The translations under genes and the position numbers were made by a program. The notes beneath the pieces are model-generated. The model ran no database searches and had not been told where the DNA came from. It saw only the letters and a program-made list of their open reading frames with translations. Positions 14,591 through 22,315 of a stretch of 64,000 bases of DNA are shown here, piece after piece (within the stretch, counting starts at the first letter, position 1; the number at the start of each line of letters is the position of its first letter). This DNA comes from Escherichia coli (GTDB lineage Bacteria > Pseudomonadota > Gammaproteobacteria > Enterobacterales > Enterobacteriaceae), in NCBI RefSeq assembly GCF_017348835.2, contig NZ_CP071375.1; one strand, given 5' to 3'.

Positions 14591-14605
14591 ACTTTCGAAT
14601 GAAAG
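14591..14605. repeat. 15-bp motif actttcgaatgaaag, copy 2
   Basis: Exact duplicate of 14456-14470, 135 bp away, in AT-rich non-coding DNA. Confidence 0.7.
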
Positions 14606-14733
14606 TAAATTGATAAAAAAGTCAGTGTACACTAACTAAATCGAATATTTTTTGCGCTATGTTTGAATGATAATTGAGCAAAACTTTCGCAAGGTGTGAC
14701 GATGTGAGTAATTAATTTTAACTCTACAATAAA

Positions 14734-14791
14734 CCCATCCCGACAGGGATGGTACCTGGAGCGGAGCGAGAGGGACCATCCCCCTGTTTTT
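14734..14791 (+). terminator. Nested hairpins followed by a T-run (terminator-like; may also act on the minus strand)
   Basis: cccatcccgacagggatgg hairpin overlapping ggatggtacc..N16..gggaccatcc stem, then ccctgttttt. Confidence 0.45.
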
Positions 14792-14884
14792 AGTCTTTTG
14801 AAGTTAGTTTTTTAAGGGATTAAATAATTTTGCCTCAAATGAGACCACACCATACAAGGCCAAAAACAATCAGTATTGCGTGGA

Positions 14885-15400
14885 TCAGGCTGGTTTTTTA
14901 ACTATATACCCCGTATGCCAAGGATTCTGATCGCGCGGCATCGGGTCCGCCTTGATAGACTCATAAAACTTATCAGCCATCTCAGCCACAAACTGTACAG
15001 AGGATTCGAACTCAGCGTTTTTGTGTGCGGGAGGAAACCAGAAGTCTAACACGCCAGCATTTCTATTTTTACATACAGCGTATATAAGATAAGCATCAGA
15101 TGTAGGGGTAACTTTTTCGAAACCACCGGGACCATAACGACCAGTAGACCAGTCATCCCAGCATTGTTCTGTCCCGCTATAGCCGTACTGATTGGTATAA
15201 AGACCAATATTTACATGGACTTTACGTAAGTGGATAGGATATACACACGGGGGTTTATGGAAAAGAGTATCCTTTCCAAAATCAGGATGATGTCCATATC
15301 TCCAATGATAAATAAACGAATCCTTAAAGCTCTTTAATTCATCGTTTGTTTTAAACTTATTATCACTGTAGACCTTACCAATAAATTCATTCTGGACCAT
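14885..15400 (-). CDS. Hypothetical protein (171 aa), distal gene of two-gene island cassette
   Basis: ORF 14885-15403; ATG at 15398-15400; overlaps upstream gene by 14 nt; Trp/Tyr/His-rich, no family recognised. Confidence 0.6.
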   Translation of the reverse strand: MVQNEFIGKVYSDNKFKTNDELKSFKDSFIYHWRYGHHPDFGKDTLFHKPPCVYPIHLRKVHVNIGLYTNQYGYSGTEQCWDDWSTGRYGPGGFEKVTPTSDAYLIYAVCKNRNAGVLDFWFPPAHKNAEFESSVQFVAEMADKFYESIKADPMPRDQNPWHTGYIVKKPA

Positions 15401-15734
15401 CAAAGCTTACACTCTTTAAGCGTTCTTCTCGTGAATCGAATAAATCTTTTGATAAATCACACGCTTGTGTGAACGTCATTTTTTTTACTCGTGGTACAGC
15501 CATAGGCGAGGCCGCATTCATCACTTTGTTTTCTTCGTGATCGAGAGTAGCAGTGTAGCGAAACATGACACTTTTACCGCGCACCAACTGGTATCCTAGT
15601 CGATACGCTAACGCGTCAAGATGCGTCAGACGATTTGTTTTACGCAAGCCAGTCATAGCTTTTGGCTTACGAGTGCGCACAGAAAGGGATTTCCCTTCTC
15701 GCTTAGTCGCAAACAAAGTAACTATTTTTGACAT
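15387..15734 (-). CDS. Hypothetical basic protein (115 aa), proximal gene of two-gene island cassette
   Basis: ATG 15732-15734 preceded by GGAGA RBS; Lys/Arg-rich; stop overlaps start of downstream gene. Confidence 0.55.
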   Translation of the reverse strand: MSKIVTLFATKREGKSLSVRTRKPKAMTGLRKTNRLTHLDALAYRLGYQLVRGKSVMFRYTATLDHEENKVMNAASPMAVPRVKKMTFTQACDLSKDLFDSREERLKSVSFDGPE

Positions 15735-16290
15735 GGTATCTCCTGACATCAATCTGCTAAGGCCATTGTGCCTTGTTTGAATAGTAAACTATTCGCCCAA
15801 TCTACACCAGTGATTTTCTTGACGCCAATAGTAAAGGCAGCATTGCCCACCACAGGCAGACAATGAGACTTCAGATAGCGCACCTTCTATCGCGCACGCG
15901 CTCAATAAAACCAACGACACCGCCATCCTGCCTGACCGATGTTTTTAACCAGCGTATACAGAGAAACAGACAACAGCATGAAATCAGCGTATATCCAGGT
16001 GCAGACGGCACTATCACACAACGCACAGCAGGCTGAGGTGAACACTCAAGCAACTTTATCCCCGCCACCGACCACCGCAAACTATCATGACCGTGCCAAA
16101 TTCAAAAGGAATGGCCCATATAACGCGATGAACACACATAAGCGCTACACTTGCTTACCTGAAAACTTCACAGCGTCACAGCGCGTTTTAGACACGTTAA
16201 AATTAATGAGATTTCATTAAATTTTCACCAGACACCGGAACAAGCCTATAAATCAAAAATGAATTACCGACATGCGCCGCTGGCGTTCAC

Positions 16291-16310
16291 AGGAAGAATC
16301 AATAACTTAG
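16291..16310. repeat. Imperfect direct repeat aggaagaatcaataacttag, copy 1
   Basis: 17/20 identical to 16391-16410, exactly 100 bp downstream. Confidence 0.55.
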
Positions 16311-16390
16311 GCCAATGGCGAAAGTTAAACAAAATCAAGAACTTGCAGAAATGCAGGATGAAGCAGCCGATGTGCCCCGTTGGATTTTAC

Positions 16391-16410
16391 CAGAAGAATC
16401 AACAAGTTAG
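16391..16410. repeat. Imperfect direct repeat cagaagaatcaacaagttag, copy 2
   Basis: See 16291-16310. Confidence 0.55.
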
Positions 16411-16662
16411 ACTCGGTGATTTCACCGACTCCTGCCGGACTACTGACCAGATCGAACCATTCCCCAAATTTGGGGAGAGCAAACCACACGCAGATCCTGC
16501 CAGGCTATTTCATCCCACCGCATCACGTATTTGCACACTTCCCCGCTGACGTGCTCATTTTGATAACGAGTTACCCGCTAGCCCTTGCCACATCACCATT
16601 TGTCGCGCTTTGACTAAATTAGCGACGTGCCTGTTATAGCGATACGCTAGTTATGCAGAAAG

Positions 16663-16682
16663 CGCGACATATCCAGCAACCA
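16663..16682. repeat. Exact 20-bp direct repeat cgcgacatatccagcaacca, copy 1
   Basis: Identical to 16790-16809; lies just upstream of the 16707 ORF start. Confidence 0.7.
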
Positions 16683-16706
16683 TGCACCCTACAGAGGAAT
16701 TGAATC

Positions 16707-17159
16707 ATGCGAGACATAGACTGGTCAGCTATCCCTTTCGATGATTTACCGCCCTGGCATCTGGACTGGGACGTAGACCAACGCGAAAACGCGACATATC
16801 CAGCAACCACCAGCATTACAGCGATGCGCCCCGTAAAGCCTAAGAAATACCAGGCAACCGACCTGATAGCTCACCTCAAAGCTATTGGCGGCGTATTTAC
16901 CGGAAGCAAAGACACGCTTGCACATGAAGTATGGCCCCGGAAGACGCCAGCGGGTCGAACCGTTTTACGCTTACTGACCGAACTGTCAGACAACGGCGAC
17001 GCTGTAGTGATTAACCGTGGTCGTTGTGGCGTGGAAGTTATTCTGACGCCGAAGAACAGGGCACAGACGCCTGAATTAAGCGCACCCAAGCAAATGCATA
17101 GCCAAAAATTAAGTCCAGCAGAACGCGTTATATCGCTTTTAAATGGCATCGGATTTTAA
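16707..17159 (+). CDS. Hypothetical protein (150 aa)
   Basis: ORF with GAGG RBS about 10 nt upstream of the ATG; non-repetitive composition; no family recognised. Confidence 0.5.
   Translation: MRDIDWSAIPFDDLPPWHLDWDVDQRENATYPATTSITAMRPVKPKKYQATDLIAHLKAIGGVFTGSKDTLAHEVWPRKTPAGRTVLRLLTELSDNGDAVVINRGRCGVEVILTPKNRAQTPELSAPKQMHSQKLSPAERVISLLNGIGF
16790..16809. repeat. Exact 20-bp direct repeat cgcgacatatccagcaacca, copy 2
   Basis: Inside the 5' end of the 16707 ORF; 127 bp from copy 1. Confidence 0.7.
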
Positions 17160-17185
17160 TTAATTTTGATGTGGTAATTGCAGGC

Positions 17186-17213
17186 AAAAAAATCCCGCCG
17201 GAGAAAGCGGGGA
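17186..17213 (-). terminator. Intrinsic terminator-like hairpin oriented for the minus strand
   Basis: Minus-strand reading ccccgctttctccggcggg followed by U7 (plus strand aaaaaaa-tcccgccggagaaagcgggga). Confidence 0.5.
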
Positions 17214-17446
17214 AGTGAAATCAATCGTTGTAGTTATAGATCACATTTTGGAGTTGAGGATGGCTAATCCTCGCTAATATTATCGCGCCGTTATGTGATG
17301 GGCGCAATTATTTCTTACTAATTAAAAGTTTTGTAAATATTACAGAATATCCCTTTTCACTATATGGTAAAAGATGTGAAACAGGGACATGAGGAATATA
17401 ATATTAAGTATCAACAGTAATGTTGGTCTTTAATTTCATTCAGGGC

Positions 17447-17490
17447 GCGGTGAGGGTTTTCTCCATATTTTTCCTCACCGCTACTTTTTC
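17447..17490 (+). terminator. Terminator/attenuator-like hairpin immediately upstream of the AlpA-like gene
   Basis: gcggtgagg..N17..cctcaccgc stem then tactttttc; a third complementary segment gaggtgag overlaps the RBS of the next gene. Confidence 0.45.
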
Positions 17491-17501
17491 GAGGTGAGAA
17501 C

Positions 17502-17693
17502 ATGAATGATAGCGAATTAATGACGGTGAACGAGGTAGCCGCTTTATTCGGCGTTACCCGTCGGACAATATTCCGGTGGATGAACAAGATTAAAGGCTGG
17601 CCCGTCCCGGTCAGTCCGATTGGCTCAAGAATTAAGTTTATCCGATCTGAGATTTTGGAATTCTATAAAAACAAAGGCGCTCGCCACCAATGA
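17502..17693 (+). CDS. AlpA/Xis-like small DNA-binding regulator (phage transcriptional regulator family)
   Basis: 63-aa ORF with HTH-like segment VNEVAALFGVTRRTIFRWM; GAGGTGA RBS. Confidence 0.65.
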   Translation: MNDSELMTVNEVAALFGVTRRTIFRWMNKIKGWPVPVSPIGSRIKFIRSEILEFYKNKGARHQ

Positions 17694-17769
17694 AAACAGC
17701 TACTGAGATTATCAAATAACCTATTGATTTAAAAAGCTAGCTACCGCAATTTCTGAAGGAATAGGCAGC

Positions 17770-18096
17770 ATGAAAATCAAAGCAAACACAATTAAAGAAA
17801 TAACATCAATCAAAGTAAAAGGAGCAGATGCCATGCATTCATTAGATAGTTATTTTCAGCGCACGACAGCCCCTAAATCAGCCGCCCAGGAACGCCGTGA
17901 GGAATTCCAGGAAAAAGTGATGCGTTCTGCTGATTATATTGCGGACAAGTTCGCGGAAACGGTTCGGCCACTTGTTGATGAAGTAGCTGATAAACTTCAG
18001 TCTGAAATGCCGGAAGACATGGAAGGCACTGCAAAGGCGCGACTCCTTTTTGAATTAAGTCGTCGTTTCGGCGTGTCAATAAGCACTTTTAAATAA
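17770..18096 (+). CDS. Hypothetical phage protein (108 aa)
   Basis: ORF in co-directional island gene string; no family recognised. Confidence 0.5.
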   Translation: MKIKANTIKEITSIKVKGADAMHSLDSYFQRTTAPKSAAQERREEFQEKVMRSADYIADKFAETVRPLVDEVADKLQSEMPEDMEGTAKARLLFELSRRFGVSISTFK

Positions 18097-18113
18097 TCGG
18101 AGGAGGAAAGACA

Positions 18114-18656
18114 ATGGACGCATTTGATGTACTGACAAACAAAGGCGATGAACTGGTAGCACAGCGTGATAAAACCGCCAACGAAGGGGAACGCGCACTG
18201 TTAAATAAGCAGATTAAAGCGATCCGTATGGCCCAGTTTAAATTAATCAGCAATGAAGTTATCGAAAAAATTAAACCGCAGATCCCACAAATCGTTGCTG
18301 ACGCTATTAAAGCCGCCGGACTGGAGAAACGCATTGCCGGGCTGAAAACGAACGCAGAGAAAATGGAGATGCACAAACAGAGCGGTGCTCCGACTCCGGA
18401 TGAGTACTTCTCACCGGATGCTGAGTTTATGGCGCAGGTTGAGGAACGTCTGGGTAGCTGTCTCACCGAGGAACAGTGTCGCTATTTTGATGGAGTGGAT
18501 AGTTCGGCAGGTATTGACCTGAACTCGTATTTCGGTCGTGAAATTGAGCATTTTGATGCCGCCCCGTCTATGCCGGAGCCAGAACCAGAAATGGCCGCCG
18601 ATCCTGAAGCTGAGCAACGGAAACGCGTATTCAATGCGATAGGGATTCGGTACTGA
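18114..18656 (+). CDS. Hypothetical phage protein (180 aa), acidic C-terminus
   Basis: ORF preceded by GGAGGAAAG RBS (18092-18108); no family recognised. Confidence 0.55.
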   Translation: MDAFDVLTNKGDELVAQRDKTANEGERALLNKQIKAIRMAQFKLISNEVIEKIKPQIPQIVADAIKAAGLEKRIAGLKTNAEKMEMHKQSGAPTPDEYFSPDAEFMAQVEERLGSCLTEEQCRYFDGVDSSAGIDLNSYFGREIEHFDAAPSMPEPEPEMAADPEAEQRKRVFNAIGIRY

Positions 18657-18707
18657 TCGGATAAAAGAAAGCCGGGAATTACCCCGGCTGACTTAACAAT
18701 GTGACCA

Positions 18708-19082
18708 ATGAACAAATCGGACAAGACAAACAGGATAAGCAGTCTCGAAACAATGTTCGGGAACTATATTAGCACAAGTCCGGAGAAAATCATCATGTTG
18801 GCACTACGCATCATGCAGGGCATCGCTAAGACCCTCGCAGAACATGTCTTAGACCTGAAACATTCGCCACTGAGCAAACAGGCCATGAAGCGCCAAACGC
18901 TTCGTCTGTGGGCTGAATATTCGCTTGGAACTATCAATAAAATCATCGACATGAAATCGGGGCCGAGCAACCAGAGCGCGGAGGAAATGGAGTTCATCAG
19001 GCGTTTAATTCTCATTCGCAGAGACATTCATAGCCAGTTACACAGCGTGGGAATCGATATTAATGATGGGACGGGCGATTAA
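18708..19082 (+). CDS. Hypothetical phage protein (124 aa)
   Basis: ORF in co-directional gene string. Confidence 0.45.
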   Translation: MNKSDKTNRISSLETMFGNYISTSPEKIIMLALRIMQGIAKTLAEHVLDLKHSPLSKQAMKRQTLRLWAEYSLGTINKIIDMKSGPSNQSAEEMEFIRRLILIRRDIHSQLHSVGIDINDGTGD

Positions 19083-19120
19083 TTTTCGGACAAGTACTAT
19101 GCGCGCGCGAGGAGCTGAAC

Positions 19121-19351
19121 ATGAAGCAAGATATTGCAGACAGGCTGGAGATACTCGAAGGCCAGCGGGCAGAAGCGAAACAACTACGTAAGCAGGCCAG
19201 AAGAGCGCACAGGAACTACGAAGCAGAATCACTGACCGCTTTCATCAACTTCACAAACCGTTGCATCCTGGAGTGTTACAGGGAGGATGCAGAAAACTGG
19301 CTGGATTCATTGCCAGAACAGACTCTGCATGAACTGAACGGCGACCAGTAA
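19121..19351 (+). CDS. Hypothetical phage protein (76 aa)
   Basis: ORF with GAGGAG RBS upstream. Confidence 0.45.
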   Translation: MKQDIADRLEILEGQRAEAKQLRKQARRAHRNYEAESLTAFINFTNRCILECYREDAENWLDSLPEQTLHELNGDQ

Positions 19352-19638
19352 ATAAATCCAGTACGTTTCCCGCAGTGCGCATAACGTACATTATGTGAAA
19401 AACGATATGGATATATATCAGTCTGACTTCAATGAAGAAAACGGACTTCCAGCATCAACCACAAAGAAGTATGGCTAATGCAGCTTTATAAGCCATTGAT
19501 TCTATTAAACGATATTTTTTGTGATTGGTTGAAGCAAACCAAAACACGATGCCACTGAAGCGTTAATAAACTGTTTCAATGTGAAATTATCAGAGTAAAG
19601 AACAATTTGGAGGGTCCGCAAACGCGGATAACAATATC

Positions 19639-21819
19639 ATGAGTGGAAATCTCGGGACCATATACTACGAGGTCGATGCCCGCACTGGGAAACTTCTTAT
19701 CGCGCAACAGCAGGCGGAAGAGGCGTTCGATCGCATTGAACGAGGAGCGCGGAAGGCTGATAGCGGCGTCAAAAAGTTAAATACGCAGATGACTAAAACA
19801 TCAGCCGCAGTCAAAACCAACCTTTCCCCGGCAATCCGTAACGCATCATACCAGATCGCAGACCTTGCCACTCAATTGCAGATGGGCGGTAATGCGCTTC
19901 AGGCGTTCGCTGTGCAGGGTGCGCAGTTATTAGCTGGCTTTGGCACGATGGGCGCGGTAGCTGGCGCGGTGCTGGCTATCGCTGGCGCTATGGGTGGAAG
20001 CCTGGCACAAGGCGCTGATAGTGCAGCCGGATCGGTTGAGTATCTGGACAAGGCGATCACCAAACTGAACGAGGTCATAGCTGTAAATGAACAGGGCGTG
20101 ACGGTGATGAGTGATAGTTACGCCAGACTTTCTAAGGTTAACGCTGAAGTAGCGAAACAGATGCGGAACATGGCTGAAATTCAGGCAATTGCAGCACTGC
20201 GTGACCTGAAAGAACAGGCAAGCCAGGCACAGGGGGAAATGTCGTCATTCTGGCGCAGCTTGCAGGGTGGTAAAGCTGACGCAGCAGCAGCAGCACAGGC
20301 ACTTGATGATCTTGGAATCACAACCAACGACTACAAAGAGGCGATAGCCATACTGAACGCCAATCAGCCGGATACACAGGCGCAAATGGCAACGCTAGCT
20401 AAGTCCGTGATGTACATAGGCGAGGAATACAACCTGACAAACCAGCAAGCCTACGAGTTCATCCGAGCACTAAATAGGGCCGCGACAACGAGAACGCCGG
20501 AAGCCATGCAGGAACTATCGGGCTTCATGCAGGTATTGCTACAGGACACCGAAAACGGTAACGAGGCATTCCGTGAACTGGCTATCAAATTCGTTGATGC
20601 ACAAACCAAAGGCGCAATGCTGGAAGACCAACTAAACCGACTGAAAGGCGCTATCAGTGACGCAGCCACAGAAGCCAGAAACGCCAATTTTACCACTATG
20701 CTCAACACCGTCGCCGCACGCCTGGCAGCCATTGAGCAAGGTTGGGAGGCAGGCGTTAGGATGCAGATGAAAGCCCAGGGCTACACTGAAGAGCAGATCG
20801 ATGAATATGTGAACATGGAAACGGCGTACCGTGATGCAAAAGCCGCTTTGGACGAGAAGAATAAGGCCGACCGTGAAGCTATTGCGCTATCCAAACGCCA
20901 GGCCGCAGAAGCAGCCCGCAAGGCAAAACAGGAAGAAGCTGAAGCACAACGCAAGGCCAAACAGTTAGCCGCGCAGAAGGAGCAGGCAGGACGCTTTACG
21001 CAGCAAGTAATGACGGAATACCTGACGACCGTAGATCCGGCAACAGGCAAGGCGTTTAACCCTGCCGCACAAGTAGAAATGCAGGAGCAGCAGAAGAAAG
21101 CGGCGCTGGATAAATACAGACAGTTGGGCGTCCTGGATGAACAGCAGTACCAGAACACGCTAACCGCCATCCAGAAAACCGCGTCAATGCGCCGCCAGCA
21201 AATCATCAAAGACGAGGCCGACACGTTATTCAACAATCAGCAACAGTTGATCGGCACATTTGGCGATTTCTTCGGTGAACTGTCTGGAGTCATAGCAGAC
21301 GGTGCAGGTGAGCAAAACGCGGCATATCAAGCGCTATTTGCTGTGCAGAAGGGTTTTGTATTGGCATCAGCAGCTTTAAGCCTTCAGAAAGCGCTTGCTG
21401 AGGCAAACGCCTTGCCTTTCCCGGCTAATCTTCCGGCCTATGCGCAAGCTATGTCAGCAGGCACGCAGATCATTTCAGCTATTCGTGGAATAGCTTTCGG
21501 TGGCGGACGCTACAACGGCGGCGCGGTTGGTGCTGGCAACCTGTACCGCGTGGGTGAACACGGTAAGCCTGAGATATTCAAGGCGAACAATGGCAGCCAG
21601 TACATGATCCCAGGTGATAACGGTCGCGTGATAAGTAATCGTGACATTGGCGGCGGTGGCGGCGTAACAATCAACAGCCCGATCACCATTAACACTACGA
21701 ATGGCTTCAGTGATGAAGACTCAAGGCGTCTTGAGGAAGCGATGAAGCGCGTAGCTATGGGCGTTTGCAGGCAGGAGTCAACCAGACCGGGAGGAATGTT
21801 AGCCCCGCGCCGTCGTTAA
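19639..21819 (+). CDS. Phage tail tape-measure-like protein (lambdoid H-like), orphan
   Basis: 726-aa Ala/Gln-rich coiled-coil ORF; C-terminal GNLYR motif and Gly-rich tail as in lambda H; no neighbouring tail genes. Confidence 0.6.
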   Translation: MSGNLGTIYYEVDARTGKLLIAQQQAEEAFDRIERGARKADSGVKKLNTQMTKTSAAVKTNLSPAIRNASYQIADLATQLQMGGNALQAFAVQGAQLLAGFGTMGAVAGAVLAIAGAMGGSLAQGADSAAGSVEYLDKAITKLNEVIAVNEQGVTVMSDSYARLSKVNAEVAKQMRNMAEIQAIAALRDLKEQASQAQGEMSSFWRSLQGGKADAAAAAQALDDLGITTNDYKEAIAILNANQPDTQAQMATLAKSVMYIGEEYNLTNQQAYEFIRALNRAATTRTPEAMQELSGFMQVLLQDTENGNEAFRELAIKFVDAQTKGAMLEDQLNRLKGAISDAATEARNANFTTMLNTVAARLAAIEQGWEAGVRMQMKAQGYTEEQIDEYVNMETAYRDAKAALDEKNKADREAIALSKRQAAEAARKAKQEEAEAQRKAKQLAAQKEQAGRFTQQVMTEYLTTVDPATGKAFNPAAQVEMQEQQKKAALDKYRQLGVLDEQQYQNTLTAIQKTASMRRQQIIKDEADTLFNNQQQLIGTFGDFFGELSGVIADGAGEQNAAYQALFAVQKGFVLASAALSLQKALAEANALPFPANLPAYAQAMSAGTQIISAIRGIAFGGGRYNGGAVGAGNLYRVGEHGKPEIFKANNGSQYMIPGDNGRVISNRDIGGGGGVTINSPITINTTNGFSDEDSRRLEEAMKRVAMGVCRQESTRPGGMLAPRRR

Positions 21820-22315
21820 CCAAATCCCACGCCAGGGGGATAGACTGGCGGCCTTTCAATTCCGTTGAAACGACGGAATCAAACACCCCGATTCAGGGTA
21901 TTTAAACGTCGCGTTTCACGACATTTATCTAAGTCATTGATTTATATTGTAACTCATAATTGAGTTGCGCCGACCATCCCGCCACAAACGCTCCTACGCA
22001 AAAATTCCCTCACAATTACCCTGCCAATTTTCCAGATTTCACGTATACGCGCCTATATCCCCGCCACCGGATACACGCCCGCTTATACCGGATACTTTTA
22101 TGCCATCATTATTAAATCCATTAATAATCATCAAACCATAATTAGCACAACTTATAATCGAACAAAAAACACACAACATTGATAATGATTTTTTCTGGTT
22201 ATACTTATCTAAAAAAGTGGTATGGGAAGTAACTTATTGTTTTGTAATTACAAATTTATTGCGTGGTCAGATGAACAGACTTGCGCACCTCCCGAAAAAC
22301 ACGCGAAAATCGAAG

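Noticed and set aside
15939-16549. Small plus-strand ORFs (93 and 96 aa) in the gap upstream of the cassette
   Set aside because: Weak or absent RBS and the second ORF is built over the direct repeats; kept as possibly non-coding regulatory DNA rather than called as genes, though small proteins cannot be excluded.
14334-17500. Possible CRISPR array or retron suggested by the repeats and hairpins
   Set aside because: Repeats occur only in pairs with non-uniform spacing and no cas genes (not CRISPR); no reverse transcriptase ORF is present (not a canonical retron).
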